Shown: positions 50,917 to 59,590 of the stretch, one piece after another
Layout: each line of letters starts with the position of its first letter
Position numbering within the stretch: the first letter of the stretch is position 1
Origin: an uncultured Verrucomicrobiae bacterium
Lineage (GTDB): Bacteria > Verrucomicrobiota > Verrucomicrobiia > Chthoniobacterales > Chthoniobacteraceae
Length of the DNA stretch: 64,000 nt
Assembly (NCBI GenBank): GCA_963769025.1
Contig: CAVYKI010000012.1
Coordinates: 448,001 to 512,000, forward strand
Reading direction: 5' to 3'
Notes under the pieces: model-generated
The model's input: only the letters and a program-made list of their open reading frames with translations
Told to the model about the DNA's origin: nothing
Database searches by the model: none
Made by a program: the position numbers and the translations under genes

Positions 50917-51846
50917 CTACTGCTGGCCGACAACCGGCGGGAATGGGGATCCGTCAGTCGTGTTGCCCCTGATGTTATTGTTGCCGAGGGAGGTCATTGA
51001 CCCGCCCGCCTGCGTGCCGACTCCGGTGACGTTGTTGAAAATCACGTTGTTACTGATGAACACGGTGGCAGGCGCGCCCGACGAGACGATCCCGAACCCA
51101 CCCGTGTCGTTGATGGTGCAACGACTCACTGTGACCCTGGTCGCGACCGACGCCGGCGTGACCGTCACGCCGTTGTTGTTGTTTCCCGCCAGCACGCAGT
51201 CATCCAGGACCGCCTTGACATTGTCGTCGGCACGGAACCCGAAAAGACAGTCGTTCAGCCTGCTCTTGCTGATGTTCACCGCCACACCGGTCGCGCTGTT
51301 GGGATGGGCGTACACCGCACCACCCGCGCATCCCCGGATGGTTGTGTTCTTGATGGTCACCCCGCACACGGCAGAAGGATTGATGTCGATTCCAAGTCCG
51401 GTGTTCCCCTCGATCGTGCAGTTTTCGACGTTCACCTCGGACGCGTTCAGAATTCGAATGCCATTGATCCCGGTGCCGCCCCCGTGGATGGACAGGCTCC
51501 TCAGGTTCACCTTGATGCCCGCTCCATTGATGATGACTCCATTGGTGCTTGCATTGAGGATACCCGCGAGCGTCCCGTCGCCATTGATAGTGATGTTTTT
51601 CGTGATCGTCACGGCTCCGAAACCGCCTGGGTCCAGAACGCTGATTTCACCGCCAGCAGCGGTCTTGCTGATGGCTCCCGCAAACGTCTTGCAGGGGGCC
51701 GTCCGCGAGCACGGGTTGACGTCGTCTCCCACTCCGGAGACCCATGTGCGCGTGGCTTGGGCATGTGCCGCGATGCTGCCAAGTGCGAATGTGACGAGCG
51801 CGACAAACGCGCCCTTAACGAGACGGGGGAATGATGTGGTTTTCAT
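50917..51846 (-). CDS. Secreted right-handed parallel beta-helix (pectin-lyase-fold) protein
   Basis: Signal peptide ending AHA-Q, ATRTWVSGVGDDVNPCSRTAPCKTFAGA, Asn/Gly-rich coils; strong AAGGAGG Shine-Dalgarno upstream. Confidence 0.85.
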   Translation of the reverse strand: MKTTSFPRLVKGAFVALVTFALGSIAAHAQATRTWVSGVGDDVNPCSRTAPCKTFAGAISKTAAGGEISVLDPGGFGAVTITKNITINGDGTLAGILNASTNGVIINGAGIKVNLRSLSIHGGGTGINGIRILNASEVNVENCTIEGNTGLGIDINPSAVCGVTIKNTTIRGCAGGAVYAHPNSATGVAVNISKSRLNDCLFGFRADDNVKAVLDDCVLAGNNNNGVTVTPASVATRVTVSRCTINDTGGFGIVSSGAPATVFISNNVIFNNVTGVGTQAGGSMTSLGNNNIRGNTTDGSPFPPVVGQQ

Positions 51847-52045
51847 GGGCGATTCTTACCCTCCTTTACCAGTTTTTAGCAAGTAAATTTCGGCAGAGTT
51901 GCCGCCGTCAGAAGCCGCTTATTACGACAAACAAATGCCAGCGGAAATGCCGGCGTTTCCCTCCCGCGGCCATGCGATCAAAGCGCGCCTTCCCGCATGC
52001 GGGTAGGTGCGATCGCGCGAGCAGACCCGTGCGTCGCGGAAGCTC

Positions 52046-53833
52046 CTACGGCTTCTTCGCGGTGCTCTGGATGTAGATCTCGCGGAGCTGCTTGAAGTCC
52101 ACCTCGACGGGCGAGTGGGTCATCAGATCGCAGCCGCGGTTGTTTTTCGGAAATGCGATCACTTCGCGGATGCTGCCCGCGCCGGTGATGAGCATGACGA
52201 GGCGGTCCAGGCCGAGCGCGATGCCGCCGTGCGGCGGCGCGCCGAAGCTGAAGGCCTTCAGCAAATGCGCCGAACTTCACCTGCTGCTCCTCGGCGTTCA
52301 CACCGAGCACCTCGAACAGCTTCGCCTGCAGATCGCGCTCGTGGATGCGGATGCTGCCGCCGCCGAGTTCGACGCCGTTGAGCACGACATCGTACGCGAC
52401 CGCGCGGACCTTGGCGAATTCGCCGGCCTCGAGCGCGGACATGTCCTCGGCCTTCGGGCGCGTGAAGGGATGATGCACGGCGACCCAGTGGTTGTCCTCG
52501 GGCGAAAATGCGAGCAGCGGGAAATCGACGACCCACAGGAAGTTGAGCGCATCGCCGGCGGCCTTGATGAGCCCGAGCAGTTCCGCGCAGCGCAGGCGCA
52601 CGCGGCCGAGCACTTCGCAGACGGGTTCCAGCTTCGCGTCCGCGCCGAAGAAGAGCACGTCGCCCTCGGCGAAGCCCATGCGCTCCGCGAGCGCCTTCTT
52701 CTCGGCGTCGCTGAAAAATTTCACGATGGGCGATTCCCATTCGCCGCCCGACGCTCCACTTGATGTAGGCGAGCCCTTTCGCGCCGCACTCGGTCTTCAC
52801 CCACTCCTCCCATTTCTTGAGCTGCTCCTTGCTGAGCAGCGCCGCCGCGCCCTTCGCGTTGATCGCCTTGATGGTGCCGCCGCCCGACGCGACGGACGCG
52901 AACACCTTGAACTGCGACGCGGCGAAAATGTCCGTGAGTTCGACGAGTTCGAGGCCGAAGCGCGTGTCGGGCTTGTCGGAGCCGAAGCGGGTCATCGCCT
53001 CCGAATACGCCATGCGCGGGAACGGCACCGGGATGTCCACGCCGCGCGATTCCTTGAAAATGCGGCTCAGCAATCCCTCGATGAGCGTCTGGATTTCCTG
53101 CTCGGTGATGAAGGAAGCCTCGACGTCGATCTGCGTGAACTCCGGCTGCCGATCCGCACGCAGGTCCTCGTCGCGGAAGCAGCGCGCGATCTGGAAATAC
53201 TTCTCCAGCCCCGCGACCTGCAGGAGCTGCTTGTACTGCTGCGGCGCCTGCGGCAGCGCGTAGAACGTGCCCGGGTTCAGCCGCGACGGCACGAGGAAGT
53301 CGCGCGCGCCCTCGGGCGTCGGGTTCGAGAGGATCGGCGTCTCGATTTCGAGGAAGCCCTGCTCGTCGAGAAAGTCGCGCGTCGCCTTCACCACGCGATG
53401 GCGCAGCCGGAGGTTTTTCTGCATCGGCGCGGTGCGCAGATCGAGGTAGCGGTATTGCAGGCGCAGATCCTCGTTCACGCTCGGGTCATCGAGCGGGAAA
53501 GGCGGCACTTCGGACTTGTTCAGCACGCGCAGCGCGGAGGCGACGACCTCGATGTCGCCCGTCCCCAGCTTCGCGTTCTCAGTGCCCGGCAGGCGCGGCG
53601 ACACGTTTCCCGTGATCTGAAATCACATCCTCGGCGCGCAGCGCGTGGCTCAGCTCGGAGACCTGCGCAAATTCCTCAGGCCGGAAAACCACCTGCGTGA
53701 GCCCATCGCGATCGCGCAGGTCGATGAAGATGACGCCGCCATGATCGCGCCGCGAATTGATCCAGCCGGCAAGCGTGACGCTCTGGCCGATGTGTTCCTT
53801 GCGAAGGCTGTTGCAGGATGTGGTGCGGTACAT
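52046..53833 (-). CDS. aspS: Aspartate--tRNA ligase (probably non-discriminating); three frameshifts (~53620, ~52752, ~52269)
   Basis: [80 protein letters not shown]. Confidence 0.96.
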
Positions 53834-53955
53834 AAGGGGCGCGGAGGATACGGAGCAAAAGCCGCTTGGCCAGCGCGGAGTGCGCGGACGCCCGCGGCTG
53901 CCATCGTGGCGGAGAAGAAGCAGCGCCGTCCGCGACCCCCTTGCGCCACGTTGCT

Positions 53956-54351
53956 TCAATTTGAGCGCCTGCGGGCGATGAAAAGCGCGGCCAGGAGCCC
54001 TGCGTCGAGCAGCACCGCGAGCGGATAGTTGGACTGGTTTGGACCGAGTCCGAAGCATCCGCAGGTGATGTCGAGACCGCGCGCCCATGCGCTGCCTAGC
54101 GCGATCAAGAATACGACGAGCATTCCACCGATGACCAGCGATGCGCCGCGGCGCCAAACGCCGGCGACGAGCGCGGTGCCGGCGAGGATTTCCAGCCACG
54201 GCAGGTAGAGCGCCAGCGCGGCGGACGCGGCAAATGGGAGCATGCGGTAGTTGTCCACGTCCTTCGCGAATTGCGCCGGATCGACCGCCTTGAGGACGCC
54301 AGCCGATAGGAAAACCCCGCCGACGATCAACCGCAGCAGCGGGACGATCAC
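53956..54351 (-). CDS. MauE/DoxX family membrane protein
   Basis: [39 protein letters not shown] at 54351 overlaps the rhodanese stop (GTGA). Confidence 0.9.
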   Translation of the reverse strand: MIVPLLRLIVGGVFLSAGVLKAVDPAQFAKDVDNYRMLPFAASAALALYLPWLEILAGTALVAGVWRRGASLVIGGMLVVFLIALGSAWARGLDITCGCFGLGPNQSNYPLAVLLDAGLLAALFIARRRSN

Positions 54352-54770
54352 TTTTTCTGCGCGTCCTTCCACGCTTCCCAACCTCCTTTCAAAACGTGGA
54401 CCGGCGCGAACCCGAACGCGCGAAGCCGCGCGGCCACGGCGGTGCTGTTGTCGCACTGGCGAGCATTGCAATAGACGACGGCAGCCCTGCCCATGGGCCA
54501 CGCCTGGAGCACGGCGGGCAAGAGGTCGTCCCACTCCTCTTCCGTCAGCCGCAGCGCGCCGGGCACATGGCCTTTTGCAAAATCCGCCGCGGACCGCGCA
54601 TCGACCCACAGGAAGCCGCCGGGCTGCCGCAGCGCATCGGACACGGAGATCTCGCCGTCGCGCAGCGGGACCGAAAATGTGGGGCGCTTCGGGTGAAAGA
54701 TCGCCGACAGTGCCGCGGGCAGCAGCGCGAGCAGCATGAGGGCGACGGCTTGGAGCAGCGTCCGGCGCAT
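54348..54770 (-). CDS. Membrane-anchored rhodanese-like protein
   Basis: N-terminal [24 protein letters not shown] active loop, VLKGGWEAW. Confidence 0.9.
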   Translation of the reverse strand: MRRTLLQAVALMLLALLPAALSAIFHPKRPTFSVPLRDGEISVSDALRQPGGFLWVDARSAADFAKGHVPGALRLTEEEWDDLLPAVLQAWPMGRAAVVYCNARQCDNSTAVAARLRAFGFAPVHVLKGGWEAWKDAQKK

Positions 54771-54798
54771 CTGGAAAATTTGGGAAAGCGCGCACCGC

Positions 54799-55455
54799 TC
54801 ATTGCGGAGGTTGCCTCACCTGCGCGTAGCTGCGGATCGTTTTTTTCCGGCCCCCGAATTCCATGTCGATCGTCAACACGGCAAAGCTCGGCGTTGCCGT
54901 GCTGTCCGGTGTCACGGTGATCGTGTATTTTTTGCCTTCGCCGAGCGTCCCGATCGTCGCCTGGATGCGGGGTTCGCTGGAAGTCACTTTCACAACCCGC
55001 ACCGCCAGGCCGGGCATTGCATCGCACACGATCGTCTTCGCTTTTGCCTCCTCGCCCTTGTTCCAAAATAAGATCTCCGGGCTTATCTTCACGAGATCGG
55101 GGATCGCGACCACGAGCGTCAGGACGGACGGCTCCTTCGCACCCTTGATGTGCACGGTCACCGTCTTCGTCTGCACCCCGCGGCGGCCCGACGTGTCGAA
55201 GCGGCCCATGAGTTTGCTCCGCTCGCCGGGATCGAACGTCATCTTCGGGAGCGTGCCGGTGGCGCATCCGCAGGAAGATTCGATGCTTTCGATCACCACC
55301 GGCTCGCGACCCGCGTTCACGAACCCAAATTCCGCCTCCACGACCGTGTCATCCGGGCCGGGCGTGAGTTCCGCGCGCCGGCGATCCCATTTCAGTTCGC
55401 CGTGCGCGAAGCCGCCGCAGAGCGTGAACACGACGGCGATGAAAAATGCGTTCAT
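54799..55455 (-). CDS. DUF1573 domain secreted protein
   Basis: Signal peptide, F.F.NAG..PVVIESIESSCGCAT, PGERSKL; second Ig-like half. Confidence 0.88.
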   Translation of the reverse strand: MNAFFIAVVFTLCGGFAHGELKWDRRRAELTPGPDDTVVEAEFGFVNAGREPVVIESIESSCGCATGTLPKMTFDPGERSKLMGRFDTSGRRGVQTKTVTVHIKGAKEPSVLTLVVAIPDLVKISPEILFWNKGEEAKAKTIVCDAMPGLAVRVVKVTSSEPRIQATIGTLGEGKKYTITVTPDSTATPSFAVLTIDMEFGGRKKTIRSYAQVRQPPQ

Positions 55456-55525
55456 GGGCGGTTTGATTTTGCGCGGCGTTTCTGTTCGGGAGCGGGACTG
55501 GGGAGAGGGTCGCCGTTCATCGGAG

Positions 55526-56239
55526 CTACAGCGCGGGGACTGTCCTGACGATTTCGGCGCCCGCAGCGAGTTGTTCGAGCAATTCGGTGCGCGCCTGTTC
55601 GTAGCGGGTTTGGATTTCCGGATCGGGACTCGGGAAAAGGGCCGCCCTCTTGAGCACCAGGTTTTGCTCGAGGAACTGGCCCGTCAGGAACTGCTTTTCA
55701 AACTCCACCTGCTCCGCGCCGACTGAACTCCACGTCACCCCGCGGCTCCGGTAGCGGTCCAGATCGGCCTGATGCTTCGCGGGGATTTTTGCGAGGCGCT
55801 CCTGCTGCGCGTGCGTCAATGCCACGCCCTCGGCACGCGCCGCCTGGGAAATCAGTTCCGCATCGATTGCCCGCTGCAACCGGGATCGGTATTCCTCGCG
55901 GGTCAATTCTTTCTCCGTCTCTCCGGGCCGGACGGGCATCAGCGCCGCCAGCTTGACCGGTTTCCGGTTCACCATCGCCAGCACCTCGGTGACGGCGATG
56001 CTCCTGGGCGGCGTGGTGGGCAAGCGCGAGCTGGCGGCACCAGAATCCTTTGGCGAGGTCGCCGAATCCGGCGCGGGGCCGTTTCCCCTGTGCGATTCCG
56101 GGGCCCTGCCCAGCATCGTTGTTCCTGACTCCGCTCCGTGCGGTGCGGCCGATTGCGGATTGCCCTTCGGCCACAGCAACCATGCCACGGTGGCCGTGGC
56201 GACCGCGACGACGCAGGGGAGGAGGATTTTCGGTTTCAT
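55526..56239 (-). CDS. Membrane-anchored SurA N-terminal-domain-like helical protein
   Basis: N-terminal TM, Pro/Ser linker, VLAMVNRKPV..LQRAIDAELISQAARAEGV, C-terminal LLEQLAAGAEI; no parvulin PPIase motif seen. Confidence 0.6.
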   Translation of the reverse strand: MKPKILLPCVVAVATATVAWLLWPKGNPQSAAPHGAESGTTMLGRAPESHRGNGPAPDSATSPKDSGAASSRLPTTPPRSIAVTEVLAMVNRKPVKLAALMPVRPGETEKELTREEYRSRLQRAIDAELISQAARAEGVALTHAQQERLAKIPAKHQADLDRYRSRGVTWSSVGAEQVEFEKQFLTGQFLEQNLVLKRAALFPSPDPEIQTRYEQARTELLEQLAAGAEIVRTVPAL

Positions 56240-56327
56240 GAAATTCGCGCGGTCCGTCCGGCCTCCCACGCAGAGGACGACAGGCACAGATGCCTGCCCC
56301 TCGCAGGGAATGTCGGATGGGGCCGGC

Positions 56328-59300
56328 CTACTTGGCTTGCAGCAGGACCGTTTCCACCCTCGTTTCGCCGGTGCTGGTGTCTGTGATCGTCACCTGGAGG
56401 GTGAAGCAGTCCAGCGTCTGTGGCAGCGACTTGGTGTTGAGGTTGTATTTCAATTTGCCGTCGGTCTTGTCCATCACGCCGCCAGGTCCACCCTGGCCGT
56501 GGTAGTCGATCGGCAATGCGCCGGTATCGGCCGTGCCGCTGCAATCGGTGTCGCCGAACACGGCGACCGTGCCGATCACGTTGGAGTTCAAGGTCACATC
56601 CCCGGTGCACCCCAAGGCGCGGACTTTGATCGGGATGGTGCTGCCCAGCTTGAAGCGATACTTGAGGGTGCCGCCGCCGCTGGGATCGGTGTCCTCGCTC
56701 GCTCCGTTGCGGGCCAGCGGCTGGCCCCAGGTGATGCCGTCCGCGGCGAAGAGATCGGCGACGACCGTGACGACACTCTCGCACGTGTCGAACGCGCCCG
56801 CGGGATCGGTGACTGTCAGAGTGACGGTCGTCTGGCCGATCGGATACGGACCGGCCGGAGTCTGCACGATGGTGAGCGTGTCCCCATTGGGATCGTAGGA
56901 ACCGTCATCGATGGAGGCATTCGCCGTGGTGCCGCACCCGGCGGAAACCGTCACATCCTTGCACTTGGCGATGGGCGGCGCGTTGCCGGTAATAAGCCTG
57001 AACACCGTGCCGAAACCTACGCCGCCGCCTTGAAGGGTCGTGCCGTAAAGGAAGCCGTCCATCGCCCGTGCCAGCCTGCCAAAGGGGTAGGCGCCAGTCG
57101 CGGAGCTGTCGAAATTCAACTGGATGCTGAAACTGGTCCCATCCGGGTTCAACTGATACGCCGTGCCCTGGCCGCTGGTGCCACCTTGCAGCGCCGTGCC
57201 GTAGATCGTGCCGTCCGGCGCCTGCACCAGCCCGCCGCCTTGGTTGTAGCCGCCGCTCACGGAATAATCGAAGTCCTTGAGGATGCTGAAGCCGGTCCCG
57301 TCGGTGTTCACCTTGAACAAGGTGCCGGCCCCGAAGCTGCCGCCATAATACGTCGTGCCGTAGAGCGCACCGTCCGCGCCCTGCATCACCCCGGAGTAGA
57401 GGTTCAGGCCGGTCGTGGAGTAGTCGTCGAAGTTCTTGAGCACGGTGAACCCGGTGCCGTTCGTGTTCAGCTTGAACACCGTGCCGCCGCCACCGCTGCC
57501 GCCTTGGGACGCCGCGCCGTACAGCGCGCCATCCGTGCCCTGAATCAGCTCGCCCCAATAGAGGTAACCGCCGCTCGTGGAATAGTCGAAGTCCTTGAGG
57601 ACGGTGAAGCCGGTCCCATCGGTGTTCAGCTTGAACACCGTTCCATAGTCGGCGCCGCCGCCGTAGAGCGTCGTGCCGTAGAGCGCGCCATCCGTCCCCT
57701 GCTTCAGCCCGGCATAGGGGGACACGCCATCGGCATAGTTCAAGTCCTGGAGGACGGCGAAGCCGGTCCCGTCCGTATTCAGCGTGAACACGGTGCCGTA
57801 GCCATTCGCGCCGCCCTGGGAGGCCGTGCCGTAGAGCGCGCCATCCGTCCCCTCGATCAACGCTCCGTAGGGAGACGCGCCGGTCGTGGAAAAGTCGAAG
57901 CTCATGAGAACGGTGAAGCCGGTGCCGTCCACGTTCATCTTAAACACCGTGCCGCCGCCCATGCTGCCGCCTTGCGAGGTCGTGCCGTACAGTGCGCCGT
58001 CTGTCCCGAGCAAGACCCCGGCATACGGAGAGCCGCCGGATTCGGCCGCGTCGGCACTGTAGGAGAAATTGATGATGACGCCGAAACCGCTCCCGTCCGT
58101 GTTCAGCTTAAACGCCGTGCCGTAGCCGCTGGCGCCGCCCCGGAGCGCCGTGCCGTAGAGCACGCCATCCGTGCCTTCGATCAGCTCACCGCCCTGGGGC
58201 AATGCGCCATCGGGAAAACTGAAATTCCTGAGTACGGTGAACCCGGTCCCGTCCGTATTCAGCTTGAACACCGTGCCGTAACCGTCGCTCCCGCCGGAAC
58301 GCGCCGTGCCGTAGAGCGCGCCGTCGGTCCCCTGCTTCACCCCGGCATAGAGGTAGCCCCCCGTCGTGGAATAGTCGAAGTCGCCCTTGAGCACGGTGAA
58401 CCCCGTCCCGTCCGTGTTCAGCTTGAACACCGTGCCGAAGCCGCCGCTCCCGCCTTGGGACGCCGTGCCGTAGAGCGCGCCGTCCGTCCCCTGGATCAGT
58501 TCGCCGGCCCGCGGGATGACGCCGTCGGAATAGCTGAACTCCTTGAGGACGCTGAAGCCGGTGCCGTTGGTGTTCAGCTTGAACACCGTGCCGAAGTAGC
58601 TGCTGCCCCCCTCGGACGCCGTGCCGTAGAGCTTGCCGTCCGTCCCCTGCACGAGCCCGGCACCGAGGTAGCCCCCGGTCGTGGAATAGTCGAAGTTCTG
58701 GAGGACGGTGAATCCGGTGCCGTCCGTATTCAGCTTGAACGCCGTGCCTGCCCCGCCACTGCCGCCGTAGAATGTCGTGCCGTAAAGCGCGCCGTCCGTT
58801 CCTTGGATCAGATTGCCAAATGGGTAGTAGCCGCTTGCGGCATAATCGAGGTCCTTCAGGACGGTGAACCCGGTGCCGTCCGTGTTCAGCTTGAACACGG
58901 TGCCACCGCCGATGCTCCCGCCGTAGAGCGCCGTGCCGTAAAGCGCGCCGTCCGCCCCCTGCACCAAAGTCCCATACGGATAGTAGCCGGTCGTCGAGAA
59001 GTCGAAGCTCTTGAGGACGCTCAAGCCCGTGCCGTCCTTGTTCACCTTGAACACCGTGCCGGCATCATTGCTCCCACCTTGGGAAGCCGTGCCGTAGAGC
59101 GCGCCATCCGTTCCCTCGATCAGTCCGCTGTACGGGGAGACACCGGTGGCCGGCTTTCCAAAGGACTTCAGCTGCTGGTACGTGGCGGCGGCCTGTGCAT
59201 CGCCGCGGAGCGAAACCAGCGGCACCCAGCACGCTGCGCATGCCAGCAAGGTGAGCCAGCACCGGCCGGCGGATGCTGCTGTGAGATTTGCTGCGATCGC

Positions 59301-59357
59301 ACGCAGCGTTGACGTGAGCCCGGAGAGGGCGTTCATGGTCTTGCAGATCGTTTTCAT
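56328..59357 (-). CDS. Exported GloVer (choice-of-anchor tandem repeat) protein with 14 repeats, an HYR/Ig-like domain and a PxKF-like C-terminal domain
   Basis: 14 copies of LxQGTDGALYGT...GTVFKLNTDGTGFTVL (~52 aa); TTVTLTVTDPAG; FKLGSTIPIKV. ATG at 59357 (or 59336). Confidence 0.92.
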   Translation of the reverse strand: MKTICKTMNALSGLTSTLRAIAANLTAASAGRCWLTLLACAACWVPLVSLRGDAQAAATYQQLKSFGKPATGVSPYSGLIEGTDGALYGTASQGGSNDAGTVFKVNKDGTGLSVLKSFDFSTTGYYPYGTLVQGADGALYGTALYGGSIGGGTVFKLNTDGTGFTVLKDLDYAASGYYPFGNLIQGTDGALYGTTFYGGSGGAGTAFKLNTDGTGFTVLQNFDYSTTGGYLGAGLVQGTDGKLYGTASEGGSSYFGTVFKLNTNGTGFSVLKEFSYSDGVIPRAGELIQGTDGALYGTASQGGSGGFGTVFKLNTDGTGFTVLKGDFDYSTTGGYLYAGVKQGTDGALYGTARSGGSDGYGTVFKLNTDGTGFTVLRNFSFPDGALPQGGELIEGTDGVLYGTALRGGASGYGTAFKLNTDGSGFGVIINFSYSADAAESGGSPYAGVLLGTDGALYGTTSQGGSMGGGTVFKMNVDGTGFTVLMSFDFSTTGASPYGALIEGTDGALYGTASQGGANGYGTVFTLNTDGTGFAVLQDLNYADGVSPYAGLKQGTDGALYGTTLYGGGADYGTVFKLNTDGTGFTVLKDFDYSTSGGYLYWGELIQGTDGALYGAASQGGSGGGGTVFKLNTNGTGFTVLKNFDDYSTTGLNLYSGVMQGADGALYGTTYYGGSFGAGTLFKVNTDGTGFSILKDFDYSVSGGYNQGGGLVQAPDGTIYGTALQGGTSGQGTAYQLNPDGTSFSIQLNFDSSATGAYPFGRLARAMDGFLYGTTLQGGGVGFGTVFRLITGNAPPIAKCKDVTVSAGCGTTANASIDDGSYDPNGDTLTIVQTPAGPYPIGQTTVTLTVTDPAGAFDTCESVVTVVADLFAADGITWGQPLARNGASEDTDPSGGGTLKYRFKLGSTIPIKVRALGCTGDVTLNSNVIGTVAVFGDTDCSGTADTGALPIDYHGQGGPGGVMDKTDGKLKYNLNTKSLPQTLDCFTLQVTITDTSTGETRVETVLLQAK
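56995..59135 (-). repeat. Intragenic ~156-bp tandem repeat array, 14 units
   Basis: Recurrent GCCGTGCCGTAGAGCGCGCCxTCCGT and GTGTTCAGCTTGAACACCGTGCC on the plus strand. Confidence 0.9.
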
Positions 59358-59590
59358 ACGGTTTGGGGTATCGGGTTGTTGCGTTTGGTGCGCACAATCT
59401 CCCATGGCGCACGGTGGATGTTCGGACCGCTGCTCGAACCGCGACACAACCCCACTCCACGCTGCTTGAAAAAGCATCCCGGTTGTCGCAAAGGGTTCAT
59501 AGCTTTCTTAGGGACCTCGATTGCCATGCTCGGCAAACCGCCCCACGTCGGTCAAGCCCAAACCTCCATGTTGCCCCCACCCGGTGCGGG

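Noticed and set aside
52040..52052. CCGTAGG at the aspS stop as an att copy of the tRNA-Asp 3' end
   Set aside because: Only 7 bp and in inverted orientation; expected by chance.
56995..59135. Regularly spaced DNA repeats as a possible CRISPR array or DGR
   Set aside because: They are in-frame protein repeats of ~156 bp with synonymous variation; there are no cas genes, reverse transcriptase or template repeat in the window.
59530..59577. GGCAAACC...CAAACCTCC...GTTGCC resembling a c-di-GMP-I riboswitch
   Set aside because: It is on the wrong strand for the downstream GloVer gene and lacks the GNRA tetraloop stem.
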